64,000 bases of DNA from Camelus dromedarius (lineage: Eukaryota): the NCBI RefSeq assembly GCF_036321535.1, contig NC_087437.1:36892001-36956000 (forward strand), given 5' to 3'. The notes under the pieces are model-generated. The model did no database searches. It had not been told where the DNA came from and saw only the letters and a list, made by a program, of their open reading frames with translations. Every line of letters starts with the position of its first letter. Positions within the stretch are counted from its first letter, which is position 1. Made by a program: the position numbers and the translations under genes. Below, one piece after another: positions 11,200 through 25,460 of this stretch.

Positions 11200-13670
11200 T
11201 GCTTTAGAGGAAGCTGTAATCTTCATTATCTATACATAAAAATGCCTTAGTTTTGTTGTTTAGGTCTTTTATGGATTTACTTTTTCTCATTCACTTAATC
11301 TATCTTGGACTGAGAGCGGTGAGTTGAAATTTTCAATTATTTGTAGTTCTGTCTATTTGTCCTTATATTTAAAAAATTTTATGATTTATAGGGGTGCTTA
11401 TTGTTTTATTTGCTGTATAGATATTCTTAATTGTTACAAATTCATTATCAAAAAGCTCCCATCTTTGTCCAGTTAGATCTTTTTTGGTCTAAATTCAACC
11501 TGAAGTAATATCAGAATCACAATCCTGCTTTTTTATTGTTTACATTGCTTATCATTTGTTCTTCTTCTTTATGAATCCCTTTTTTAGGTCAGACTTATAC
11601 AGCAATTGGATCTTACAATGTATGGTAATCTAATTTTTTTTTCATTAAATAGGAGAGAACTCTATGTATTTATACCATTGGAATTATTGATTCCTACACT
11701 GCCATACTATATTATATTTTTATAGGTTTATGTTTCATTTGCTGTGCTTGTATTTACTCTTTTTCTTTCTATATGTTTTTAATTAATATTTAAAAAAATT
11801 TTTTTTGGTATTTAAGGAAGTTTTATTTCATCTACCAGCATTTTTAACATTACCTTTTATAAAGCTCCAGTATTCTTTTGCTTTTCTTAAATTTCAAATG
11901 TTTTATCAGTTTTAAATGATATCTTTTGAATTGCATTTAACACCTCTGCATCATCTAACTCTTCTGTTTTTCTGTTGTTTCTTCTCTTATTGTCTCAATT
12001 TTCAGTTCAATTTTATTTTCTAATTATGTCATAGGATCTGAAATTTTTATAATATTCTTTCATCTTTATTTCCATGTTGTTTTAGTGTTAGTTCTAAACA
12101 TATTTAATCCTCATCTTTAGTCCTTTTGCAAAATATTTTTCTGTCATCTAGTTAGTGAAGTATTTCTCCTGGTTCTCTTCAAGGAAAGATTCATGAATAT
12201 AGTTTTTCCTCAAGTCTTGCATGCTTAAAAATGTTTGTTTCTCTATAGTCCTGATACTTGAAGAACAGCTTAGTCAGTATAAAATTCTTCATTTCCATGT
12301 TCTTTCCTGGAGTTTCATAAAAATTCATTCACTCATGGCCTGTTTGCTGAAGAGAAGGCTGAGATAAACTGATATTCTTCTCTTCATGGAGCTCAAAACC
12401 AAAAGATTTTATTTTTATTATTAACATCTAATAGTTTAGCTAGTATGTGTCTGAGAGTTAACCATTCTGGGTCAACTTGGGGATAGGAAGTAATTTTTAA
12501 AAACACTTTTGTCAGTTACTCCAATTAGATACTTATTAGATATTTTTGCCTGACTTATCTATCACTTTCTATCTGACATCTTTTTTCCTTAATTTCATTT
12601 CTATTCATTTTGGAAATTTTTCTTTGTATAATTCTAGTCTGATCTATTATCTCTTGAGAAACTTGTAATTTAGTATTTATTTCTGGTTTGATTTTGTCCT
12701 TTGTAATATTTCTTCTTTCTAAATTTATTTAACTCTTATTCTACATTAAGATGTTTTCCTCTTGCACATGTCTTTTATGAGTTTTTGAATTTCTGATTTG
12801 AAGTATTTTTGCATATCTATAAATAGTTGTTTAAAGATGTATAATTTAGGTTGCAGTATACTGCTTCAGTTTTGTTCTGCTCTTGGTTGCTCTTTAGAGA
12901 TCACTTTCATCCTGGAAGAAATGGCTTACTCCTGGACTTGTGCAGAAAAAATACAAGATTAGCTTGAAACATCTTGTTCCAGCAAAAAATAAAGAAGGGA
13001 TCAAAATATGATAGAGATATGCAGTATTTTCTTAATTAATAGTAACAGGATTATTAGAATTGCGAACTATAATTCTTAGTTTAAGAATGCTTTCTTTTGT
13101 TAGTAAAATGAAGTGCAGTTTCCTTAATCAATTATGCTATTTTGAGGAGTTAAATTTGCCTGTCTTCTGATTTTTGTCATCCTATTTTGTTCTGTCTGAT
13201 TCATTTCCACCCTTTGCTTCCTTCTTTTCCTTTTCATTGAATTTCCAAGAGCCACCTTCTCTATTCAAGTAAACCCAATTCCCTGGAATCAGTACCTCTC
13301 CTACACTTCAAATTCCATCCCTTCCTTTTGATTCTCCAGTTGCCAATAGCTGAACCTCTAAATATGATCCCTGTTCCAAATATTTTTCTATAATTATGTG
13401 GGTCTCTTCTTCTGCACATAGTTTAATGTGAATCCCAGCAGTCATACCATCATACTCAGTCAATCCTCCTATTTTCTGTGCGATTTCCACCTCGCCCATC
13501 TCTGGGATGGTATCTAGAGTATGCTTTGCTATTTTAGGATATTATCCTACTATCAATAGGTATAAGCTGTGAGTAGTTTAATTTGCCATTTTTGTTTGAT
13601 AATGTGTGTCCTTTGAGAGTGTGGAGATATGGATCTCAGCAACCACCATTATTCTGTGAAAACCTAGAAT
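11200..13670 (-). mobile_element. Highly degraded L1M5/HAL1-like fragments
   Basis: Long T-rich tract with antisense L1 phrases (tacttgaagaacagcttagtcagtataaaattctt). Confidence 0.45.
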
Positions 13671-14084
13671 GTTTGTTTTCAAAATATTGCTCTGGCTAAA
13701 CCTTGACATATGAAATGGAATAGGGGAGAAAGGGAATCCCTAGAGCAGAGTAAAACTTTGAATACATTACAACAATTGAAGAAACAAAAATAACCATGTC
13801 TAGAAAATACAAGGATGCCTAAAATGAGATAATTTAAATAAAAGAAAAAAATGATCAATCACTACTTGGCTGGTTTGGAATTAGGGATTAATAACATGAT
13901 AAATTGCCATAAAATACTTTGATATGAGGTCTTTGTTATTAGTCTATCTGAAATGTCAGGTAAAGGTAACACCTGTCTCAACTCTATATGTGCACAGTAA
14001 GTGAGTAAGGAATTTAAGCTGCATTAAAAAAAATATCTATTTTTATGATATGCCTTCTTTAGAGTTCTATGCCAAAAATTATTT

Positions 14085-14235
14085 AGAAATACTATAATAT
14101 TTAATTTTTAGTAACATTATGATTATTACTACTAATTTACAAATGAAGAAATTGTTGCTCAGAAAGATTAAGTTTTAAATATCATTCTCATGGCAAAATA
14201 GCTAATAAATGGTAAAGCAGTTATTCAGTCATGTC
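14085..14235 (-). mobile_element. MIR SINE fragment
   Basis: tttacaaatgaagaaattgttgctcagaaagattaag...agctaataaatggtaaagc resembles the MIR core. Confidence 0.6.
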
Positions 14236-15434
14236 TAAGTACAATTATATTTTTAAAGATAAAATACAAGTGAATAAATACTTTGCTTCACCCAAGTGAC
14301 AGATAATAGTAAAGCCAGTAAATCTGAGTTTATAAATTTCATTGTAAAAATCTCCACATCTAAAGTGGAAGCAGTTTTTTGAGAGGTAAATCACAGCATC
14401 TTGACATTTTAGTGACTATCTATAGTATTCTTTTCACCCAATCAAGCCACGTCAGAATGGGTTTCACCACAGGAAATGGATTAGTTGATAAGGTCGAGCG
14501 AGGTCTAGGCAATTGCTGTTTTACAATAAAGGAAAACACTGTGATTTTTCTTAACTTAAGTGGATATTGACTTCTGCCATGGTGAAGATCAAGATTTATT
14601 ATCTCAAATCATAGTCAACAGACTGGCTGACAACTACTGACTTAGAGGAGGTCACAGCAGGCCACTGAGCCACCACTGGACCTGAAGAAAGACCTCCCTT
14701 GTCTCTCAGCAGAATAAGGCCAGTTTCACATCGAGACGACAGGCCTCCAGAGAGACGAGGACCATTAAAAGTTGTCTTCCCATTTATTTGGTTTGTGGTG
14801 TTCCTCTAAAATCACAGTACCTTTAAGACTGAGAGCAGTTAATTGTAGCATTGAAGAGTCGGAGATGAAATGTCTACAATGATATGCGAGTCTTCATTCC
14901 TTAGTAAAAGCAATGCTTTATCTGTCATTCAAAATGTTCTTAGTTAATACTTATATCAGCTTAATCATGATAAACCCAATTCCTAAACCTGTAAAATTCA
15001 CCTGTACATCTTTTAGAGTGTTCAGTTACATATTAGTATACCATTTCAGAAACTGTTTTTAGATAAAAGAGTATTTAAATATAAACAATTGTTTAAAGTG
15101 GTCTTTTAAAAGAACAAGTTATAAATTATATTCTATTCTAAAATGCTTTTTTGAGACAGATTACAGGTATAAACATGTGAACCTCTTGTTTTTTGTCAAC
15201 CTATATACACAAATCTGACAAAATTTAGACAAAAAATAAGTCCCAATGGAGATAGATCTAGCAAATACTGCAGCTTTTCCTGATTTTTGTTAAGAAGGAA
15301 ATACAGCATTCCTATTGTTGAAGGAAGGCAAAATTCAAACTCAAGAACAAGCAATAATCCATAGACTATGTAACAAAACATGTAAAACAATTAGGTTAAA
15401 TAAGCACAAAATGGAGCAAGTATAAAATAAAATG

Positions 15435-15850
15435 TGTATGGTAGGCAGAATCCTAAGCTATCCCGCAAGAGTCCCCATTTCCGGTATATATACAGCTTCT
15501 CCCAGTTAATCCAATACTGATATACTTCTGTTAAGGGATTTTGCAGATGTAATTAAGGTATTAAAGTTCCAACTCAGTTAACTTTAAGATTGGGAGGTTA
15601 TTCTCAGTGGAACTACCCTAATTAGATATGGCCTTAAATAAGCTGGGCTCTAGTTTCTGAAAAGAGCAATCAGAGTGTAATAGGTATCTCAACACGAGAG
15701 ATTCTTCATTTCTGACTTTGAAGGTGGAGGGAGCTAATGATAAGAAGCCTGACCAATAGGCAGTAAGAAACTGAATTCTGTTAACAGCTAGAATGAGCTA
15801 AGCAGAGGACCCCAATCTCCAGATGAGAACACAAAGAGCAAGACAAAAGC
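15435..15850 (+). mobile_element. MaLR LTR (MLT1E/G-like), partial
   Basis: tatggtaggcagaatcctaag...gggattttgcagatgtaattaaggt...ttaagattgggaggttatt...cagatgagaacac. Confidence 0.7.
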
Positions 15851-16819
15851 CTGTTAGAAGTGGAGGTAAAGGACCAGTAGAGAAGGGAAGCTGACAATAT
15901 AGACATGTTACATGATGACTGACAGGGCAAGGTCCTGGCGGAAATGCAGTCAGAAAGGGATTGAGGTCCGTGCAGAGGGGTTGCATTTTATTAGGACAAG
16001 TAACCTCTCCCTCCCTGGGACTAACAGATTAAGACAAAGACTGATTTATATAAATTTGTATTTGAAAGGAGGTAATTAGGATGCTGAATCATTCACACTT
16101 GATCAGCTTAGCTTTTACCCGAAGTAGAAGGCTTTTTCTTTTTCTTTGCACTGAGATTGATGGCTATAAGGATGGATGGAACATTGACTAGAGTGATTTA
16201 TTTTTGGAACTATGACTGAGGAGTTTACCAAGAATAATAACTAAATTGTCAAATAGCTTCAAAAATGAAACTAAGGTTGTAGGCCAGAAATTTAAGAAAT
16301 AGTTCTTACAGTGAAGAAAATGAAAATCTCATTATGTATGTATTGACTGTCAACCCATTTAGCAGAATAACTTCCTAAAATAAAGCAAAATAAAAATTTA
16401 AAGTATTTTCCTTAAAAAGAAGATTTGATGAAAGAATGTTTAATGACCTTGCCTTTTTGAAATCACTTTTTCTTTGACAAGGGTTGCAAAAATTAGAGCA
16501 CTCTTGAATGTAGACACTAACTCCTTCTTAAACACCATGAGTACCATCTGAACTAGGCAAGATGGAAATGGGGCCAGTTTTAGCCTCTGTGGATCCTGGC
16601 CTCTCCTTACCACATCTGCAGAAAAATAATTGAGGGGCAGAGCTGTTAATTTTGATACATCATTCTATGCATTTAGGAGAAAAAATGTCTTTTAGAAGTT
16701 TTGAGAAGAAAAATATGTGGGTTTATTCGGACAGCAATGCAGTGTGAGTTGAGAGTTTTGTCACCTTCCTTCCTTGCACTTGCTTTAGGGTTAAGGAGCC
16801 TGCAGTTGCTCAGGACTGA

Positions 16820-17640
16820 TTCAATAAGTATTTATTGAGTTCTGACTGAGTTCAAAGTTCTGAGTTTGGTCCAGTGAGTACATCAAAAACAAACACATAA
16901 AAACAAAACAAATAAGAAAACAAACAGGGTCCAAGTCAAATCTTAATGTTAAATTCTTTAGAATAAGTTCTGGGAAAGGAGTAAAACTGAGATTGGACAG
17001 GAGCATAAAAGAGAAGGTTTCTAAAGTTCTCAAGGGGTCAGAGCAGGCTGGCTAGAAAACATGGCTGAATGCTAAATAAAGAGTGGGAAAGAGGAGAATA
17101 TGAGTGGCCAGAGGAAGAAGTGAGTGTAATGGTTTGGAGACAGCAAGTATGGTCCCCAAACACTGTGCATTTGAAAAATTAAGAGTATTTTGGTATGACT
17201 GGAGCATGAAAGTGTATGTGGGAGGGGAAGCAGCTCTATGCATCAGTTGGGATCAGTCTGTAAGAAAATTCTTGGGCCATTTTAAGATGCTGTAGAATTT
17301 ACCCCAAAAGCCATGGTACTGAAGTGGCTTACCTGAAGGGTTTTAAGCAGTCATGACATTATCACATTTGTATTTTAGGAAGAGTATCCTAACTCAATGT
17401 GGAGAATGGATTGGATGTTGTTAGATTGGACTACAGAACATGGATTGCACATTTGATACAGAACTTCATTTGAAAGTCTGAGGGGTCATAGTGGCCTGAA
17501 TCTAAGTATCAGCCATGGAGAACAGAAAAAGTGAAAATACTTGAGAAAAGGGATTTGGTACCTACTTCAATGTGGGAAGGGGACTGAGTGTGAGGGGTGG
17601 GAATGGGGAGCTGGTGAGCAAGGTAATTTTCAAGTTAGTG
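16820..17640 (-). mobile_element. L2 LINE 3' fragments
   Basis: ttcaataagtatttattgag (L2 tail, antisense); gaagggttttaagcagtcatgacattatcacatttgtattttaggaag. Confidence 0.6.
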
Positions 17641-20329
17641 ATCGCTTAGAAATTCTACTAGACAGCTGCAATCTGTTGTCTTGGGTCTACTGTCTTAAAG
17701 TCCAAAATTTAGGGTCAGGGGATTGCTGAGCATGTTCTCAGCATTGCAAAGGCTGAGACTACATGAAAATAGACATTTTAATCTTTGCCAGTGCATTTCC
17801 TTCACCATTATATAGGGTCAAAACACATTGGACTCTTACTACATTTGAACTGGTAAATGTGTTAAGAATTAGGCTTATCTTATTTCAAACAAATATCCAT
17901 GGATGGTTTCCGCAAATTCTAGTTTTGGTATTTCTTTAGGATTCTTATTTGCTTTTTCATATGCTTTTCTCTGTGATTTTTATTGTTTGATGTTGTATTT
18001 TGACATAATATTAGTCTTGATATTTAAGGATGTAAGGAAAGCAATATTGAAAGTGCTATTAGTTCTGACTTTTTCCAGAACACTGATCTCAATTAACAAG
18101 GCTGCAGACTTTACTTTCCACATGCGTCATCAAGGAGATTAAAATATTAGTGAATTATAAAACCAATAAAAAACTATCAATACTCAGAATATGCAGCACA
18201 GCCGCTCCCCAGTTAGGCAGAAGGAAATTTCCATCAAGGAATCGTTTTGTATAATTAACTAGCTGCTGTATTGATTTCGTCTTCTCTGTGGTTACTGAAA
18301 TTTTTGTTGAATGAATCATCTCTCCAAAAGTAAAAATCATTCCTTTCTTCAGAAAAAATTATTATGGAAACCTGGAAATTAATAAAACCAGCCAAGAATA
18401 ATTTAATGGTCTATTGTTAAACTAACAAGCATCATTTGAATAATTTATATTCACTTAGTTGGTCTTTCTGGTTGCTTTCACTGATAAATTCTATCATAGT
18501 AGAAACAGCTTCAATTACTGTATTCTTTGTCAGGTTGAAAAAAATTACTTGCAATGTAGATTATTACTGTGAAGAAATCTACTTATTGATCTATTTATAA
18601 CATATGATGGGATAGCATTATTTAAAAATAAATTTAATATATTTTTGCTTCTTAAAAAATGACAAAATTAGTTGGCCAAGTCATGCCAAGTTAGCCATAA
18701 GGAGGTAAAATTAATTAAGGATTATTGGGAAATATGCCTAAATTTAAAGAGAAAAATTAAAATATAGAAAAGATGTGTTGAAGCAGAAACAGAGAAAGTA
18801 ACTTTTTTCAGATGATTATTTGCTTTAGAAATTTTAAAGTTCTAAGGAAAAACACAACAGTATGTTCTTTTCTTTAAAAATTTCATAAAACAAGAAATTA
18901 ATAAAAGTAGTTTCGAAATAGTACTCTCAAAAAGAAAAAAAAAGAAATATACTCTCATCTATGAATACATACAGAACATTGGGATTGTTATTGTTAAGAA
19001 TACTGTTGAGAATTACATGGAGTAGTCACATTGTTTGGCAAAAAAGAGTGGAAGAAACCTGAAGAAAGGACAAAAAATTACAGAACATTTATTCTTTTTC
19101 ACTTTTCTTTATTTGATCTGCAAGGTTTTACATGTTCTAGGCTTAACATAAGTGTCTTTATTATTAATGCTTTTTTCTTTAAATAAACACTATATTAATT
19201 CTAATTTAAGTCTGTGCTCCAAAAGTAAGCCTTTCAAACAGGAAAAACCAGAGATTTGTAATAAGATCTGGACATCTCACAGACTAATTTGTGGCAGTGA
19301 TTTTGATTCTTGTTTCATTCAGATTTCTCTTTGCTCTTTGCCCCTCTCAGTTGTGACCTTCATTAGTCCTTTTGGCATAGTTACTACTTAATATCCAGTG
19401 TTTCCCACATTTCTCTTTTTTGGTGAATCAAGAGAAGAAATAGTTCAAAACTTGTGGAACTCCATTCTACTACCAGAGGGTACATGACTAGAATCCCATC
19501 TGGCCCAAGCGTGATCTCTCTGAAGGGAGAATCACACAGTTAAAATGAACCACAGCAAAACTCTCACCTGAATTTGTTTATTTTGCAGATGCCTTAAAAA
19601 ATCTCAACTTCTAATTATGGCATTTGTTTGCTATAAGATTATTCCTAATATAAAAAATGATGCATTTATTCATTATTTGTTGTGTATAAATAATTTAGAT
19701 GCATTATTCTTGCTAATCTACCCATCACACTTATGTCACATAGTATTATGGCCACTTTATATACAAGAAAAATGAAGTTTTAGAGAGGATAAGTAATGTT
19801 CTTAAGGTGATACTTAAAACCATGTCTCTCTGAAATAGAAGTATATGCTTGACAAACATGCCTTATATATAATGTCATGAAGATTCTATCACCAAACCTA
19901 CAGCAATAATCTTGAGATAATAACAATTTTCTATACCTTCTCTGAATTATCAAGCTGTAGCTCCCAGCAGGAATTCATAAGTGAAACTAACAGAGGCCCC
20001 TTCGGTGTTAGGGTCAGAGTCGGCAGGTATAGATAGCCTTTAGCCCAGAATTCCTCCTATGTCTCGCTGGAGAGTCACTAAAATTAAGCACCATCCTGGA
20101 TGTCCAGTTCCATGTGATCTGAGGAAAGAAATGCTCCTGTGACCAGGGAGGAGCACATACAGCAAATCCCACAGATTCTTGGGACATCTTGGTTAGAGTG
20201 ATCCCAAACCAAAAATAACCTCACAGGGTTCTCAGTCTCCTCTTGCACACCCATAGCAGCTGGCCCCCAGCACTAGGGGGGGAGCCGAGACATGGCCTGA
20301 TTGTCAGGTCTAGGATAGTAATGTCCCTG

Positions 20330-21400
20330 TCCAGTGTTCAGTATTCTTCTAGAGGTATTCCATGCGTATGACAATGTACACAAATGTATTTATATAGCCA
20401 TTCTTTCAGTGCGCACTATATTGTGCTTGCCTTTTTTTTTCTTTACTTAATCATAAATCTTTGATATGCTTTCAACGTAAATGTGGAAGGAAAAAGAAAA
20501 AAGGGTTTCATTCTTTTAAGTAGCTGCATAGTTATCATATTAAAATCCTATAATTTATTTGATGCTTCATTATTTAATAATACATTTATGTTAATATTAA
20601 ATCCAATCATTTGTTATTACAGAGTGCTTATATTGGATGTCCTTCAATGTATGATATTTTGTGCAAGTTTACAATAGCTGTAGGCTAAACTCTTGTAAAG
20701 GAATATACTGCTACAAAATTATACTCATTTTAAATTCCACAGACAGTGCCTAAATTATTTTTTAAGTGTCCAAACAATTTATATTCTCACTTTAAAAAAA
20801 GTAGGAGTGTATCTGCTTTTATACACTATCACATAATATATTATCAATCTTGATCTTTCCCTGACAAATTAAAAAATAGTCTTGCAAATTTAATTTAAAT
20901 TTATGTAATTATAAATTATGTTCTGCATCTTCCTATCTCTTTAAGATCCATTTAAGTGTACTTTTTCTCTGAACTGTAGGTTTGTACCCTTTCCATATTT
21001 TTAAGTGTTCTTTTTATACTATCACAGCCATTTGTCATTTATCTCTGGTAAGCTTTATAAACTCCCCCTCACCCAGTGTTTTCAGTTTTATTTCAGCTTT
21101 ATTTATAGTGAATAATCTTTTCCTTGGAGAAATTTCTGGGCTTTATTCTTCTTTGTATGATTTCTGGGCAGAAAGATAGAAAGAATTATTTACACTGAGA
21201 AACACGTATGCCAGGCACAGAAAACATACGCACATGTGTGTTTATATAAGCACATAGCTTCATGTTTTCTCTTATACTTTTAAGGCTTCTAATTTTCCAA
21301 TTTTAAATGTTTGGTTTAATTGGAATTTTGATACAAAGCAGAGGTATTTTTCCTCTGGTATGCAGTGCCAAATTTATTATATAGTTAAGGCATTTAAAAC
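20330..21400 (-). mobile_element. Old L1ME 3' fragment
   Basis: ttcattcttttaagtagctgcatagtt; aacaatttatattctcac; ttttctctgaactg. Confidence 0.55.
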
Positions 21401-21734
21401 CTCCACTTTTTTTTTTATCCAGATTAGACATAGTTTTCAAATCTTAATCTTACATTTTAATATATTGCTACTTCAAGAAATATTGTGAGATATTCATATA
21501 AAATATTCTAATAACTGCCTTCATAATTAGCAACTAATTGACAGTCTCGAAAGAAAAAGTAATAAAACGTATTCACTTTAATTCTAAACAAAATGGGTGT
21601 TTAGAATGGCATAGCTAAGCATAAGTGAATTAACATGGTTTTAAAAGTCTCTGCTTCAAGAAATTGTCACGGTAGAGGATAAAAGGCAGTACGATGATGC
21701 TTGCTTTCAAAAAGTAGAGATTCAAGGGTGGTGG

Positions 21735-21860
21735 CAATAAAATGCACACTTGGATTTGAATCAGAAGTTTTGTTGCTACTAAATATGTGACCTTGAGGCT
21801 GTGCTTCTACCTCTTTGAAGCTCACTTTGCTCATCCATAAAATAGAGATTAAAAAAAAAT
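21735..21860 (+). mobile_element. MIR SINE fragment
   Basis: ggatttgaatc...tgtgaccttgagg...ctcactttgctcatccataaaatagagat. Confidence 0.65.
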
Positions 21861-22324
21861 CATTCTAGTTCCAAAGGTTACTATTAAGTAGCCAAACCTT
21901 TAGCCAGTTTTGTCCATCATGCCCTATTTTGGGAGATGTTATACTAATCTGAGAGAGGTCAGGGTAAATGGTATGCAACATGAGAGAATAAAATGTTAAG
22001 TAGGGTTAAAAGGTGGGCCCCTGAAAAGCATATTATCCTCCAAAAGAATTCATTTAATGTCATGACCTTGAATATATGGCTAACTCACTTCTCTTGAAAT
22101 GGCTTTATTTTTCCTTTGGCTATCTACTTCACCTTTCTTTTATCCATCAAAGATTGTTCTTTTGAGCACATGCTTCAAAGTCGTTTTTCCCCTTGTTAAC
22201 CTCCCAGTTATGGGCTAGTGAACTATCATGTACCGAAGCTCATTTTTTTTTCTTTACAGAAAAATAACTGAAGAACCAGAACTTAATTACACTGTTTTAA
22301 CCCTTTACTGTCTTAAATATACTA

Positions 22325-23930
22325 TAAAGTAACAAATATTTATAAGGTTCTTCCAGGCAGGCACTAATTGTCAGTAGGGTTACAATATGTGGCTGAGAAG
22401 ACAGAGGATAAGTGGATTTCCTGCACTCACTGGGCTTTTAGTGAGTAACACAAACCGGTGAATTACAGGGCAGTGTAGGTGTAATGACTGTAAATGCAGG
22501 GTGTTCCAGAAGTTCATAGGAGGTCCTGAGAGATTAGAGAGATGCTGGGGCATGAAAGCCTTATCTACTCAGAATAAAGGACTACTCAGAATTACCCAAT
22601 AAAAATAATAGAGAAGTTGGTAGAAAGAGAGCATAAAATGCATGTATCTGGTTAAAGAAATGATATAAGAATTGAAAAAAAAATAGAATGTCTTAAAATC
22701 ACAGCAAGATTTAGAGACTTAAGAAACATTTTTTTATTTAGAAGCATGATTTCAGTTTATTTGGAAAATTAGTATATAAAACAGTAGGCCTGGTGGGTGG
22801 AGAGACAATTTTTGAGACTATTTTAATAAAGCAAAGATGATGACCCATTGAACTAAGGTGGTGGCAGCAGGAATAAAGAAGAGGAAACAGCTGTTTAAGC
22901 TCTCACAGAGTTAGATTATGTAGGAATTGACTGGTGGGGGGAAAGGGAGGAAAAAGACTCAAACTTTTCAGGTTTCTGATTTGATCTCTAGATTACGGGT
23001 CGTGTAGTCCATTGAGATAGAAAATACAAGAGTAGAGGATGATTTGAGAGAGATGCTGATGAGTACAGTTTCGGATGTTTAAAAAACAGTTAAGAAAAGC
23101 ATCTCAGGGTAACATTTTAAAAATCGGCAGTAAACAGATGGTACTTTTGGCCACTGAAATGTGGGACCTCATACAGATTGAAGATATAAGACAAAAAGGA
23201 AAAGGAAAAAAAAAAAAACAAACAACACTGAGTAATATTTACATTTTATGAAAAGGCAGAGGGAAAAAAATCCACCAATAAAGTATGAAAAATGGAGACT
23301 AAAAATGATGGAGCATACTGTTATTAAACATCGATGGTAAAATGTGCCCCAAAGAGGTATGTGAAGTCAAAGGCCCATGACCACTGAGACATCAAGAACA
23401 GTGAAAGATAAAAGGTGTCTCTTGGATTTATCATTAGTGAGATCAGCATCAGCAGTGTGGTAGAATAGTTGCCAGGCTACAAGCAAGGTAATGCAGGTGA
23501 GTTTCATCAGCAATCAGGAGCAGAAGATATGCAGGTGAGTTTGGTTAGATTTAGTGCTGAAGGGGAGAAAAGGAAGGGAGGAACTGGTGGAGTAGTTCAG
23601 AGGTTGAAATAGTTTTTTGTTTTATTCCTTTGTTTACTTTCTGGTTTTTAAAGGTGAAAAAAATGTGGGCATCTTGAAATGCTAACAAGCAGGAATAAAC
23701 AGAGAAGAGAGAGTGTAGAAGATAAAGAAGAAAGGAAAATCACTGGACGAAATACCTAGGAAAGGTAGGAAAGGAGACCTAGCGTTCAAGTGGAGGGATG
23801 GGCTTTTGCAAGAAACGGGACTCTTTTTGTGCATGTATGTGTGTCAAAGGGTGAAGAAAGAAAAATAACTGCTAAATAGGTTTGGTTGAGAGAAGTTAAG
23901 TTAATTCAGATTTTATAGTTACTCTTGTCT
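22325..23930 (-). mobile_element. L2 LINE fragments
   Basis: taacaaatatttataagg...aggcact tail; gatgagtacagtttcggatg; aaggtgtctcttggatttatcatt. Confidence 0.55.
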
Positions 23931-24355
23931 TTGTGAAGCTATTGATTGAAAATGAAGAGAGTGGTTACAAAACACAACGTTTCAGAAAAAGGTAATATTT
24001 TTGAGATGGCCTCTGTGGAAAATGTGGTAAATCGCGAGTATCTCTTACACGTTGGCATTGTTAAAGCCATTCTTTCGTGACTTTGCTTTTGCTCTTTCAT
24101 TTGCCTCAAAAAGTCATTCTCTTCTATGTCCAAATAATAAACTCCTGGACATTTTAAAGCTTAATTTAAATATTTCCCCTAAAAAGCTTCATAATCCTTC
24201 CTTAACTTTGTCCCCAAAGTCTTGTTAAACAGAGGTAATCTATGTTTTATACCCTGACTGTATCACGTTCATATAAGTAGTACATTTGGGAATGCATTAC
24301 TATTTTTATATACCTCTCACTGCTATGAGACTGTAAGCACCTTTGGGAAAAAAAA

Positions 24356-24743
24356 GGTTAAAAGACAAACAGGCATATTAAAATTTTTAGGAGTTTATTT
24401 AAGCAAAAATGGATTGGAATTGGGCAGCATCCAATGTAGTAGACAGAAAAGAGCTCTGAGGAGCTATACGAAATGAAAGGCTTTTATAGGCAGAAGGGAG
24501 CAGGAACAAGGACGTTGTTCTAGGCAAAAACGTGAGTTGGTTATCGCAAAGTAACTTTCCTTTAGGGGATGGCAGGGATCTATCAGGCAGATTACCTAAC
24601 TAGTGATGATCAGGCAACTCCTGATTGACTGATTTAAGATTCCATTGCTAAGACAGTGGAAACTGTAATTAAAGTTTCGGTTTGGTGACATGAGGTTTAG
24701 CATAAGCAGCTCCCTTTGGGGCCGGTTGTCTTGTTTTCTTTTA
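24356..24743 (-). mobile_element. ERV1-class solo LTR (laurasiatherian/artiodactyl type)
   Basis: Minus-strand AATAAA (gagtttatt) and TATA (cttttatagg); ctatcaggcagattacctaactagtgatgatcagg body. Confidence 0.7.
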
Positions 24744-24799
24744 AGTTTGCATATAGTTGGTGTTTACCAAATAACAAATTTAATAAAACTTAAAAGTGG

Positions 24800-25460
24800 T
24801 TCTGTTTTGCCCCTTGGACGGGCAAATAAAACTTTTAAAATAAGAGGCTTAATTCTCCCTGGAAAATTAAGGGAACAGGCTTTTCCCCTTCCCCTTTTTT
24901 AAGAGTATTTACTGCAGAAAACTTGTAAGTAGTTTCTCCTCTCTCTGAAATGTGTATAAATCTTTTTATCAGCCTTCTGAGGAATGCATTTCTGGAGGAC
25001 TCAGAAACTCTCTCCTTAATATGTAAACACTAGGTTATCATAAGGAAGATAACATCCGTTTCTCCCAGTTTCTGTGGAGGGATAGGAACGTAACTCCAGT
25101 GGGCACCTTGCTCCAAAATGCAAAACTACCTCCAGTCCTAAGGATATGAGAAGTTTTCCTCTGGTTAAAGCCAATTAGCTGACACAGATGGTCACACCAA
25201 TTACCAGGTGAAGCTAGTATTAACTATGTATGACAGATGGTGCTGTCAAATTCTCTTACTTGAAGACTAGTTATTCTTTACCTTGAGAACACGTGTGTAA
25301 TGGGTGTTGCCTGCTTGGCTGCTTTAGAGTGAGAATTATTTCCATTTCAGCAGTGTCTTACTGTATTGCCAGGATGAGCATCATATTCTGGTTTAACTCT
25401 CATTTAATGTTTCTGTGATCTTTGTGAAGAGGTTTTCGGGTTGAGAAAATATTTTGTTTG
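24800..25460 (+). mobile_element. Older ERV1-class LTR
   Basis: LTR-like body with taaagccaattagctgacacagatggtcac...atggtgctgtcaa; family not resolved. Confidence 0.5.
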
